Below are positions 34,752-48,089 of a DNA stretch of 64,000 bases, one piece after another. The notes beneath the pieces are model-generated. The model had not been told where the DNA came from and did not search any database. It worked only from the letters and a program-made list of their open reading frames with translations. This DNA comes from Gracilinanus agilis (taxonomy: Eukaryota): the NCBI RefSeq assembly GCF_016433145.1, contig NC_058132.1, positions 645,055,297-645,119,296 on the forward strand, read 5' to 3'. How positions within the stretch are numbered: the stretch's first letter is position 1; each line of letters starts with the position of its first letter. Both the position numbers and the translations under genes were made by a program.

Positions 34752-36479
34752 GGGAACATAATTTGGGGCAGCAGGGCGAGAGAATGGACAAAGCATCAGA
34801 TCTAAAGTTAGGAAGGTTCAAATTCAAATCTGACCTATGTCATTTAGCTGAGTCGCCTTGGACAAGTCACTTAGTGTACATTTCCCCAACTGTAAAAACG
34901 TGGCTTATAATAGCATCTACATCCTAGAGTTGTGAGAATAAAATGAGATAATATTTGTAAAGCACTTAGCATAATGCCTGGCATAGAGTAGGTACTATAT
35001 AAATATTAGCTTATAAGTGTTAGTTATTATTATTATTAAATATTGACAATACTTAAAATTGTAAAAAATGAGCATAAAACCTCATTTTTGCTGGCATATT
35101 CACCAATGAGGAATAATTGACCTTAAACGAAAAGGCAAAATTGTTCTTAGCCATTCATCTCACATAAATATTGACCTACTAAATAAGAGCACAGGGCCTG
35201 GCACATAATAGTAGGTACTCAAATAAATATTTATTGTCTAATAGAGATTTCTGTAATGGAGGATTCACCGTAGCATCAGAGATTTAGCACATGAACGACT
35301 CTAGAGGCTGTTGGGGCCAAGCTTTTAATTTTATAGATGAATAAATGAAGACTCTACATGGTTGTCATTTGCCGAAGATCCCAAAGCTAAGAAGTGGATA
35401 AGAAGAGGCTTTCCCACCTCCAGGTAGGTCTATCGAATTAATATCACATTGATATCAACAAAGCACTTCATCTCATGTCAGAGGTTCCATACCAGGTTGG
35501 CGAACCCAGGATGCTGAAGTGAGAGGAAGAGCACTCTGCTCTGACTTATTCCCATGGATCTTTCCAACTTTGCCTCCCTACCCCAACTGGCATATCTGCC
35601 CTTACAACACTCAGCCTTTCCCATAAGGCATGAGAATCTTCATAATGGTAAAAACCCATTAAAATTTGCTTTATTCTTCGAAGAGATGTGCACCTGCTCC
35701 CAAGCAAATAATAATACTATTGATAATGATAACTAGCATTGAAAGGATGCTTACTGTGTGTTAGGCACTGGGCTAAGTGCTTTACAATAATTATCTCATT
35801 GAATCCTCACAATAGCCTTGGGAGATAGGAGCTATTATTATTCCCATTTTATCACCGTGGGAACTGAGGCAGATAAAGAATAAGTGACTTGACAAAGGTC
35901 ACACATCTAAAAAGTTGATGATTTTTGTGGATAGGAAGAATACCACTAGTGTGGCCTATGCTGAGAAGTGAACCAATCTGCCCATGCCAGTGAGAGCTAT
36001 AATCAATCAGTGACCTTGGTCCTGGAGAATAATCACATGGTCTTAGAATGTACCTAAAACCAGTCAGCATTCTGTCCATAGAAGGAGTGAGTATGAAGAT
36101 TCAAAGGTCTCAAGTCAAATAAAGCCTTTCTGTCCATGAAATAATACAATGGCAGTATCTAGAATACCCAAAGATTTTCTTATCCACGTGCCCAAGGAAA
36201 TAGTCTGACAAACTTTTCCTGTGAGGATTTCCTTTGACAGATGTTTCCTGTGCCTGTGGCCATAGGACCACACTTACTCCAAGGTCCTAGTACAGAAATC
36301 ACCATGCAGAAGTCAATCAGTGATGACTCTATACCTCAGAGTGACTGAAAGCATGACAGTCCCTTCTGAAGGTATTCCCTTCTCTTCTTTGGAGCTAGGA
36401 AGCTCCTAGTCCCCCCCACCCAATGATAATCTTATTTTATTCCTTCTTTTCTCTTCAATTCCTTACATTCTTCTTTTGC

Positions 36480-38160
36480 CTTTCTTTATGGCTTAAGCAA
36501 TATTCTCAAGTTTTCCTGCTCCTAAGACAGACTTTCATTTGCCTTGCTTTGCCTTTGCAATACCATCTCTCCTTCTAGGATTCTCAAAAAAGTCCACAGC
36601 TTTCAGCAATATGACTATATCTCCTATACCACACTTCCACCTGGAGCCTCTCTCTAGAGTATCATCAGTGATATATTTTTTTCAGATTCATCATACTCTC
36701 CCTCTCTCTTTCATTCTCCTAGTTTTAATACTCAGCAACACTATCCTCTCCTGGTTATCCTCCTACCTTTCTAGCCATGCTTCCTCTATTGCCTTCAAGA
36801 TTCTCTTTTTTCCCCCTTCTAAATTTTAATTTTTCCCAGAGTCTGATTTTTTGCTTTATTCTCTTTCTTCTCTTCCCTCCCTTCCCTCCTTCCTTCCTTC
36901 ATTCCCTCCTTCTTTCTTTCTTTCTTTCTTTCTTTCATTCTCCCTCNNNNNNNNNNNNNNNNNNNNNNNNNNNNNNNNNNNNNNNNNNNNNNNNNNNNNN
37001 NNNNNNNNNNNNNNNNNNNNNNNNNNNNNNNNNNNNNNNNNNNNNNNNNNNNNNNNNNNNNNNNNNNNNNNNNNNNNNNNNNATGACTCCAAAAATAAAC
37101 ACCAAGTGGAAATCTTAACAAAGTGGCAGCTTCAACCCCAGCTTCTTTTCAGAGTTCCAGACAGACCTTCATTTTCAAAGGTCTTTAGGACAGCTACAGC
37201 TGGATTTTCTGTTACCAAGATCAATTTGATACATTAAAAACTCAGGTCACCTTCTTTTCTCCAGAATGTTCCATTCTTCTTGACTTCAATGTTCACTAAT
37301 ACTATCACTCATCACTTTGTAATTCATATTCAAATGTCTTGGTATAACTATTATTTTAGCTTTCCCTCTTCCTGGTCTTCTCTCTTCTCACATTCTCCAG
37401 TTTAATCAATCCCTACATTTAGCTGATTCTATCTCTGGTATACTAATAGAGCAGTGGTTTTGAAGCATAAAGGCTTGAGTTTTCAAATCCTGCCACAATC
37501 ACCTGTGTGATCTTGGGCAAGTCCTTTAACTTTACTATAGCTCAGCTTCCTCATTTACCCAGTATGGGGTGGTAACTTAAGATGTCTTCTAACAGTGCCT
37601 TCTAGCTATAAGTCTCTAATTATTGGATTCTTCTCTGAATTCCCAGAGCCACTGCCCTATTTGAGGTCTTCATTACCTCTTCCTTGGATTATTACAACAG
37701 CTTCCAAACTGGTCTTTCTGTCTCCATTTCATATCATATATGGTCACTGAAATAATTTCCATAGTCTATACCTCTAATGTCACATAATTGCTGAATAACC
37801 TTCAATGTCTCCCCAATGCCTACTGGATACAATCCTCTTCAGCACAGCATTGAAGCTATGACTCCACGTGACTCCAACCTACTTTTCCATTTTTATCTCC
37901 CATTTGTTCACACAGCCTACATTCCTATCAAACAGGGTTTCTCACTCTTCTAAAACTATAAACTTTCCCACTTCCTTGTATAACAACAGATCTTGCTACA
38001 ATTTAGGCTTAGATTGACCTTCCCTTAGAACCACTTGTCTAATTCTTACCCGCTGTTCAAGACCCGGCTCATTTAACTTTACCTTCTTCTACAATCCAAG
38101 CACTGCAAAGTCCTTACTTATAGTTGTATTGGAGCCACTTGTATACATAGCTCATCTCAC
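36480..38160 (+). mobile_element. Degraded L2 fragments spanning an N gap
   Basis: Pyrimidine-rich L2-like motifs (ttggattattacaacagcttccaaactggtct...). Boundaries approximate. Confidence 0.5.
36947..37082. other. Assembly gap (136 N) after a (TTTC)n repeat
   Basis: Run of N. Confidence 0.99.
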
Positions 38161-40644
38161 ACGTAAGCAGCATTGGGCCGGAGAAGGAGCTTTAAGGAGG
38201 AGCAGGAAAAGATATTCCAATTCAGACGACCTGTGTTCAAATCCTGGCTCTACTATTTATTGACTGTGTGACCATGAGCAAGACATTTATCATCTCCAGG
38301 CCTCATTTTCCTCATTTGTAAAAGGAGAGACTACATTGTTAATGAGATCTTTCTCACTCTAGATCCAGAATTCTGTCATTCATAAAGCTATAACATCAGG
38401 GTCAAGATTGCCTTTCTTAAATAGTTGTATGACCTTGGGCAAGTAAACTCAAATTTCCGTACCTCATTTTTCCCTTCTGTAAAGTGTGAGTAATAATACC
38501 TGGTGAACAAGCACTATGCCTTGTTGTAAGACTCAAATGAGATCATGCCTCTAAAGCCCTCATTATAGAACTATGAATGCAGTTAGCAACGTTACTGAAA
38601 CTGAAACTTTGTGGGAACAGGGAAAGGTCTTCCCAACCATTCGTTTGGCACTATATGTATTAAGAATCCAATAAATATTGAGTGACAATAAACAAGTACT
38701 TCTGGAACCCTGGTTATCTGTCCTGGATGCCTCATGATAAAATTTCTGCTTCCCCTCAAGTCAGCAAACATTTATTTAGCACCTACTGTGTGTCAGGTTC
38801 TGTGCTAAGCACTGAAGATACAAAGAAAATAAATAAATCATCCCTGATCCCAGGAGCTGATAATCTAAGGGGAGAGACATATATTTATAAGTAATGATTA
38901 TATTATTTATAATACGGTTGTCTAACTGTGCACAATCAAAATATAGATTCGATATACTGGGGAGATCTCCAAGGGATTAAGATTAAGGGATTACAGAGTC
39001 CTCCAACTGGGTAGTAATAATGGAGGCAGGCCAGAGAGTTCTGGGGACATTCAGGGAAAGCTGATAGGTTTGGATTAAGAGAAGAAGATGAAGGTGGCTT
39101 GCTCTTAGTGTGGTAAAAGCACAATATCCCTTGTTGGCTTTCCCCAAATGGCTTTAAACATCTTTTCTATATTATTTCTCCAGGACTGCCCAATTGTATG
39201 CACTCAATCAATTCAACAAACATATATTAATCAGTAAACTCTAAAGGCCTGGCCATGGGCTCAAAAACCAAGTGTTGGCCCTCTAGTTAATGTTGAAAGC
39301 ATAGACTTGTCTCTAACTACCTTCCCAATCTTATTACACATTGTTCTTCTTCACTGACCTCCATAAACTATCCCAAATGGCCTCTTTGCTTCCATCTCCT
39401 GGGGTCACTTCTGGGTACTTGCTGACTCCCATGCCTGGTCCCCCCAATGTCTAAAATGCACTTGTGCATCATCTCCCTCCCTCAACATTTTTGGTTCCTT
39501 CAGAATCCATCTCAGAAAGAGTCTTCAACAGAATCTTGCCTGATCCCCTCCACCCAGATGGTTGTGCCCTCTCTGCCATTGTCCATTACTTTCTGTGTAT
39601 CTTCTCTATCTGATTAAACACATACATGGTGTCTCCCTGATACAGCGCAAGGGAGTTCTTTGAGAGCAGGATTATAGACATTTTCATCTCTCTGTTCCCT
39701 GTTCATAACAGTATGCAGAGTTGACTCACAGAGCTCATAGTCTAATGGGGGAGATAACATACAAATAACTAAGTACATACATAATACATACAATGCAAAT
39801 TCAAGATGTTCTTAGAGTAGAAGTCCGTGAAAAGAAAAATCTTAGTGGAGGAACTTGGAGGAAGATCCATGAATTGAAGAGTTTCCAAACCTATCAGCTT
39901 TCCCTGAATGTCCCCAGAACTGTCTGGCCCATCTCCATGACTATTTCTCTTCCCTACCCAGTCAACTGAACTCAGGCCTTATTTTTGTTTTCAGAATGAG
40001 GAGGACTCTGCAATCATGCCTACTCCCTCCCCTGAGTGAGGCTATGAGATCCCCAGCCTTCCTAAGAGGGCATAAGAGCTATATCTGTAAAATCAATCCT
40101 CTGTAAGCAGAGTCACCCCTAGCTTGGCTGATCTTCAATGTGCAGATGCCCTGGCCACCCCTGAGCTCCAGTGCCAGAACATGATGAGTTCCACAGGTCA
40201 TGAGAACCTGGGGGCACTCATACACCAGGATGAGACATCAGAGGAAGAGGAGGAGGGCTCTAAGCCATTTAGTGCATACACATAAGCTAATCAATATATG
40301 CCACATTTGCAGAGAAACTCCAAATTTTAACATGGAACTTAGTCAGATATACTTTTTGGTTAAGTGTTTCTTTTCCCCTATTGGCTCTGATTTAGTTTTC
40401 ATATAACCAGGAGTGTCATGAGGCTCAAATGAGAATGGATGTATTTGCACATCTTAAAACACTACAAAAATGCCAGCTATGATTATTATTATGATTATTA
40501 TCATTTTATTATTATGAATCAACAGTCCCCAGACCTCCATTGTGATGATGACTTAATTTCCAGAGTCTTCTATCATACCCTTGCTGGGCTCGAGCATTGT
40601 TTCTAAAAAGATAGAGGAGTGGAATGTTCAAGTTTGACTAAGCA

Positions 40645-40858
40645 GGGGGCAGCTGGGTGGCTCAGTGGATTGAGAATCAGACCTAGAGACAGGAGGTTCT
40701 AGGTTCAAGTCTGACCTCAGACACTTTCTAGCTGTGTGAACCTGGACAAGTCATTTAACCCCCATTGCCTAACCCTTATCACTCTTCTGCCTTGGAAATA
40801 ATATACAGTATTTATTCTAAGATAGAAGGTAAGGGTTAAAAAAAAAAAAAAAAAAAAG
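40645..40858 (+). mobile_element. SINE1_Mdo-type SINE in CLDN16 intron 4
   Basis: Head/core, 21-nt A tail, TSD-like ag(t/a)ttgac(t/c)aagca. Confidence 0.88.
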
Positions 40859-41267
40859 ATTGACCAAGCAGCCTCTTACAAGCTGATTAGTTGGTTCCAG
40901 TATCCATAACACACAAATTCTCTCTCTCTGTCTCTTTCTCTGTGTTTCTCTGTCTCTCTGTCTCTCTCATAACATATCATAGCAATATAATGTATAATGC
41001 TTTATGTGTCACATATATAGCATATGTATATATTCATACACATATAAATACATATACATGCATGTATATATACACACAATGTAGTATATAAACCATTTCA
41101 GTTTTAATGGCTTAAAAGATTTTTGGAACATCTTGTATACAACTTGATGCCTATGTTCTTCTTACACAAAGATATACATGCATGCAAACATTTATGTATG
41201 GCTGTATATAGATGAGTAATTATAACATTTACATTTATATAATATATATGTTTTAATTTATATTTAC

Positions 41268-41459
41268 CTTTAAATAGGTATAAACAGCAAGTGAGGACTG
41301 CTCCAGCCAAAAAACATCCCAAGGCCCCTGCCATCCCAAGCCAACATGACCATCCAAACTTGTATTGGATGCCCAGGAATATATTGTGTAAAACCAGAGA
41401 GGTGCGCTCCACATACACATCAATGGCATACCACACAGAGCCAACAATCCCAGGAACAC
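41268..41459 (-). CDS. CLDN16: Claudin-16 exon 4 (192 bp; TM3-ECL2-TM4)
   Basis: [63 protein letters not shown]. ttttgttgcag acceptor, gtaaat donor. Confidence 0.98.
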
Positions 41460-44022
41460 CTGCAACAAAAGGGACACTGAGAGGAACCCTGGATAGACTT
41501 CTCAGTCTGTATAGGCAAAGGTCCCATCTATGTTGTCTTGGTTGCATTGACATTGGCCTAATGGAGAATGGGCAGGGCAAAGAGACCTGGAGTAAGAATC
41601 ATGAAATCAGAATGGCAACTGAGGAATGCCTCTGGCCACCGGATGGGGATATTATTTCTCCTCTCTGGGCCTCAGATTCCTCATCATCCTGAAGAATGGA
41701 AGGTCCTGTTCCTGGAGAACACTATTTCTTTTTCCTTTTTTTTTTTTTTTTTTTTTTTGGCACCACCAGAATTCAGCAGACGGTCTTTCATGTAGTCAAT
41801 ATTGAATCAAAAATTCAATGTGGGCCCATGGATAGAATACTGGATATGGAATCAGGAAGAAGACCTGAGTTCTAATACAACCTTTTCAATTTACTCTATA
41901 TGAGACCAGGACAAATCCCTTGTTCTCAGTGGTTTTATTTCCTCATTTATAAAATCTAGATAATATGATAGTCCAAAGGATCGACCTTCTAGGACTGTTA
42001 GGAGTCTTATACAAGATAGTGTTTTGAAAGCATCCTTAAAAATGTACACCACTATACATCCATTATTATTACTGCTAAACAAATTATATGATAATCAAGT
42101 GGCATATTACACAAACAACAAATAAATTATTATTTTCCATCTTGGCTGCATTAAATATTTGAGTGAAGACATTGGGCTTAGCGATAGCTAAGGCCTCTTT
42201 CCATTATATGTTTATAATTCTATATTACCCAAAATCTTTAGAAAAGAGAGAAAGGCCAGGATTTGATATGATACTCCTTTTCTGCCCTCACATGGAATAT
42301 CAAATTAAGATCAAATTGACCTGCTGGTGTTCTTAAAGGAAATGTGTCATTCACACATTGAAAAATTGGCGAGCCAGTTTTACCTTTTCTTCTATTTCCC
42401 TTGACCCTGTGAAAAAGGAGATGTTTTCTACTAGGGAAAACTTGGGTTGGAAAGTCAGGAGGTATCACTGCTCTTAGAGTCTTTCCAAAACCTAGCAGGC
42501 CATGGAAAAGTTCTGTTTTATACTGTGCCTTCATGTCCTCTTCTGTAATATGGAGAGAATATTTTCTATAGTTTATTTGGAAACAGTATTGTAGCATGGA
42601 AATATTTCTACATTTGAAGGAAATTTTCTCAGTGTAAATCATAGCTTTTCCACATAACTTTTGTGTTACCTTGGGCAAGTCACTTTAATCTCTTTGTGCT
42701 TCAGTTTCCCCATTTTACCAATGGATGAGCTATCCTTTCCAAATCTACGTCTATGATCTATGTTTTTTTCTTTGCAAAATTGCTTTGACATTTCATAGGA
42801 TTATAAGCCTTTTGAAGGGAGGAATTTGATCATCTTTCATCTTTTTTTTTTACTTTCTTCTAAGATCCTTTTGAGCACATTATCTTACTTCAGTGCCTCG
42901 AGCTTATGTGACTTTTGTGAGTGTTGCTGTTCACTCCACAGCCACATTAAATCTTCAATGGGCTAGGACTAAAAAAAGTCACCCCCTCCAAGGGCAACTT
43001 TTTAATGGATTTCTCTGAACTTCACAATGTTGCTCCTCAGAAAAGTAAGCCCACAGTTTACCCTGGGTGCCTAATCAAATACTTTCTACCTTAGAAGATG
43101 CACTGGAACTTTCCATCATGCCCTTCCAGAATCTTGGTAGACCTTGCACTCCCTTCTGTGGAAGGAGGCACCCAGGCCTTTACATTTTTTGAAGGTTTGT
43201 GGGTTTGACTTGAATTATATCCCTAATCATCTGGACTGAGGAATCATCTGGTTGGCAATATGGCATGCCATTCTCAGAGACACTGTTCCCCACTGATCTG
43301 TGGATTTTTGTTCCTTCAAAAAAATTCAGGTCAAAATAATGGCAGCCTGCTGGACTGGGAAGAATTCTGTTTTCAGAATCCAAAAACCTGGCTTTGAATC
43401 CTCACTCTACCAATAATGACTGCAAATCATTCTACCTTATTGGGTCTTGTTTTCCTCTTCTGAAAAATGAGGGGGTAGAACTACCTGGCCTCAAAAGGCC
43501 TTTTTAGCTCTGAATTTGTGATTCTCCTTTAAAACCTTTCCAGCCCTTTTGGAGAAAATGCAATCTTGGAATAAATTGAGTGTCTGCAAGTATCCTAGTG
43601 TCATCAGGCTAGAAGAAGCAAGAATGACTCATAACTGAAAGAATCTTTCTGTTCTTAAGTCCCATTCTCCCTTCAGTCTCCTCCTCTTCCTTCTCCATAC
43701 TGATAGACCCTGTGACTGACATATAAGAGGTTGTGTGTGCCACTAGATAGAGGACCTTGGCTCAAAGCCCCATCTGCCTCTTATTATAAGAATGATCATG
43801 AGTAATTCACTTAGCCTCCTCTTTGACTCAGTTTCTCTCTCTGTAAAATGAAGGTATTGGACTGTAAGGTCCCTCCCAATTCTAAATCTTGGATCCTATG
43901 GGTCACACAAATAACTTCCTCAGATTCATCTCTGTAAAATGAGGGGGCTGAACTACAAGAGCTCTGAGGCCGAGATATAGTATCCCACAGCCTCTAAGCC
44001 ACTGACTTTTCTCCACAAGTAC

Positions 44023-44187
44023 CTGCTATCACCAGCAAGATTCCTGCTACAAAGCAGATGCGGACTTTGATGAGAGGTTCATTAGGAAGGAATTTCACAC
44101 AGTGTAACCCAAGCAGCAGGGAGAGGAATCCAAGGGCAGCCAGGATGTTTGCTGTGATCATCAGTGCCCGCGTTACCACCAGCTTCA
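44023..44187 (-). CDS. CLDN16: Claudin-16 exon 3 (165 bp; TM2, intracellular loop, start of TM3)
   Basis: [56 protein letters not shown]. ttctcttctag acceptor, gtact donor, phase 1/1. Confidence 0.97.
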
Positions 44188-46962
44188 CTAGAAGAGAAGG
44201 ATAGGTGGTTACAGTGGGGCAGAGAGGGAGTAACTTAGCTGGTCAGATGTGCCCCAAAGCCCTGGACTCACTCAGGTTCTCCAGACCCATAAACATATCC
44301 CAGTACAGAGGAATGGGACCCTCAGGTCATGACCCAGAAATCTCAAGGTGTCCACCCATCAGGCTAGGGTCAGACACAGTTTAGCCTGGCAGGAAGAGCA
44401 GGATAAAACCCGAGGGTCCAAAGCCTGGAGTTTCTAAGAAGAACACTATGACTGGTCTATGGATGAAATTTTGTTGCCAAAAAAAAAATAGAACCAGTGG
44501 GAATGTAGACTGGAGACAAGTGGCAGCCATAGAAGTTCGTAGAATAGCTCATCACTGCTCTCACTGGGGAAAATTCCTACAAAAGCAAAGGAAACTCTCC
44601 TACTCAGATACCACCATGGCTGGAACTGGGAATTCTTGAGCCCTGAACAAATTCCACTATCGTTGGGGGCTGAAGGGACAAAGGCAGAAAGGGACAGAGT
44701 GCAGTCCATCTTAAAGGGCAGAAAAGATGGAACACTTTTCTCAGAGCCTAATCCTGACTCAAAATGGAGGTTTGCTTTGGGAAAGATGTGAGAACAATCA
44801 GATTTTATGAATGGCCTTAGAAGGAAACTCACCTTCCAAAGAAGGAAGCCCACTCCTTCCCTAAATTTTGGCATCCTAGTCCAAAGCCCCATTGGTCATA
44901 TTCCAGTTCCATTCCTGGCTTCTATCAGAGCATTAGCATAGTATGTAGTATTCATCCAGCTGACTAGCTCTAAAAGTGTACAGGTTGGGAAAGGGAATGA
45001 AAGGAGTCTTTCCCTAGTTGGATGCCAACCCTTTCATTCACTGGGGACATCCAGAAATACGCTGAAGTTAAGATGAGTCACTTGTGGGACAATATTGATT
45101 CTCTCTCAAGCCTAAGCAAAGGGGAAATGATCTGGGTAGTGAGTGGGGCTTTTATTTCTCAGATCCGAGGTCTCAACAGTGAGTAGCAATCTCTGACAAA
45201 GAAATTGAGAAAAAGAAGGGATGCTGTTTCCATTGAGAGGCAACAGAGAGAAGGAAGAAGGGTTTATATTTGGGGCTAAAACAAGCTTCAAAATCAAATT
45301 CTGGTTTCATGTGGGGATCAACCTTGAAGTGATGAGGAGAATAGAAATGGCTACATGGAAATAAACCATCTTTCTAGTCCTCCACTTTCTGATTCTATGC
45401 CCAGTCCAGCTTCAAGCAGGTACCCTAAATTTGTCTGCCAACTGAGATCTTGGAATTTGAGAAAGAGGTGATGGATCACAAACCAGGGAAATACTAAACA
45501 GGAAAATATAAAATATACAACCAGGGAAATATAAAAAAAATTAAAACAGGTCTCCAATTGAGTGTAGATTTCTGAGCACCAGATCGTTGATTTCATTAAA
45601 AATGGGAGACTGTAGTGTGGAGCCTTTTCCAATGAAGATTAGTACCTATTTTTCAATATAGACTCTCAGAATTTCCCAGGACCATGTAAAGGAAAATGAT
45701 TTGCCTCAGGGTTCACAAAATCAATGGGTCAGAGGCAGGGCTTGTCTTTGTCTTTTTTCAAGGCAGCTAAACATAGCCCTATTCAAGAAACCCTGAGTTC
45801 AAATCCTTCCTCAGTCATGCTATATAAGCTGGGATGAGCATTTAATTTCTCTGGATCTCAATCTCCTCATCTGTAAAATAAGAAAGTTGGCCTCTGGCCT
45901 CTATGGTCCCTTCCAGCTCTAAATCTCTGATCTCCAGTCTCTGAATGTGAGGTCAGCTCTCTATCCACTACGCCATGCTTCCTCTCTGTTCCTAAAATAT
46001 TCAGGTGGAATTATGAACCAGCATTTAACCCCAATTACTTTCCATTGAGGACAAAGTAAATCATAGCCCAAGAAAACAATATTCTATATAAAACGTGCCG
46101 AGTCAAAATATATAATGTTTGAAATTGTCAACCTTTTCTTTCCTTCTCCACTCAAATGAATGATGCTAAGGCATTCGGTATCAGGCACGAAACACATAAA
46201 TTTTCATCGCCATTGAACTCTGCCGCCTTATTAGCAGACGCAGGCGAGTCCTGAGAAATAACTCTACTGCAAAGTGAGGCTTTTTAGGAAATGGATGGGC
46301 TTTTTGAATTATGCTAATTATATTTCAGAAAAGTGGCTCAGAAATAGCATTGATGTGAGCTTGACTAAGTTACCTTGAAAGGTTGCTGCTCTTCTCCAAA
46401 AAACAATTTTCAAGGAAAGAGCCAGAGCTTTGCCTGCATTTGTCATGGGACAAGGAGGTGCCTTGAGTCCCCGTGCCAGTCACTGGTGCCAACAGAGAGC
46501 AGAACCAAAAGCTGCATCCGCCCACTCTTCTTGACATTCTCATTTCGTTTGGCTTCTGGGATGAATTGGATTCACCGGGAAATAGAGCGGAGAAGGATTG
46601 AGAGGAGCAACGAACAGGTTTGCTCTCTTCTGGAGCCATTTTCTGATGTATAAGGAAACTCTACTAAGAGAGACCCAGACTGGAAAAGGGAAATGAGAAA
46701 ACCAAAATATCTAGAACTAAGACTCCTTTTCCCATTATTTACATTTAGTGCTCTGATGCCATGTACTTGTTAGTTTAGCAGGTAATGTCCATTTTCTATT
46801 TTCTTGAGGGGAGGAGGAAGTGGAGCTAAAATCCTTTTTGACAACAAGACTTCTCTAGAAATAAAGCAGAACCTTGGCTTTGAGAGGTATGATGGGGAAT
46901 TGCTTATAAAATTATAATGGTATTGTAAGTGCCTTCTTTGGTGCTTGTTATTCATGCCCTCA

Positions 46963-47337
<375 letters not shown>

Positions 47338-47885
47338 TTACCTTGGATCAAAGGCAGAACTGAGCTGCAGGGATTTGGATAATCCTAAACGTGATCTGAA
47401 TTCTGTTAACTCCCAACAAGGAACTTACCATCTCGACCCTAAAGCACTTTGGTCAATCAATAAATGCTTACACTATGAGGAAGTCAACTCACTTCCGGAT
47501 TCCTTAGTGGCATTAGTCATGAAGAGAGTAGCTGGAAAACAGGGCGCAGTAGACTGAGGCACCCATGCCTGGCTCAGCCACTGAATCACTGTTTTGCCTG
47601 GAAGAAATCCATTTCCCCTCTCTGTCTTCCCATTCCCAATATCTGGAAAATGAAGATAGCAATGTACGATCTCCACTTGGGTCACTGTAAGAATGGAATA
47701 CCTATTAGCCATTGGACTCAGAGTGTGGTCTTTTAATTCTATGGAGAGCATCATGATATTCTTCCTGTGAAGAATGCTGAGCATGCATGTAACATAACAT
47801 AATGTAAAATATTAATATGCAGGATTGTGTACAGGAATATATGGAACTCAGACTATCTCATGTCTAGACTCTTCTCTCTCTCTTC

Positions 47886-48089
47886 TTTTTTTTTTTTTTA
47901 ACCCTCACCTTCCATCTTGGAGTCAATACTATGTATTGGCTCCAAGGCAGAAGAGTGGTAAGGGTAGGCAATGGGGGTCAAGTGACTTGCCCAGGGTCAC
48001 CCAGCTGGGAAGTGTCTGAGGTCAGATTTGAACCCAGGACCTCCCATCTCTAGGCCTGCCTCTCAATCCACTGATCTACCCAGCTGCCC
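47886..48089 (-). mobile_element. SINE1_Mdo-type SINE in CLDN16 intron 1
   Basis: Full antisense copy. Confidence 0.88.

Noticed and set aside
41291-41692. 133-aa + strand ORF overlapping CLDN16 exon 4
   Set aside because: Antisense shadow of a coding exon; no recognisable homology or splice context.
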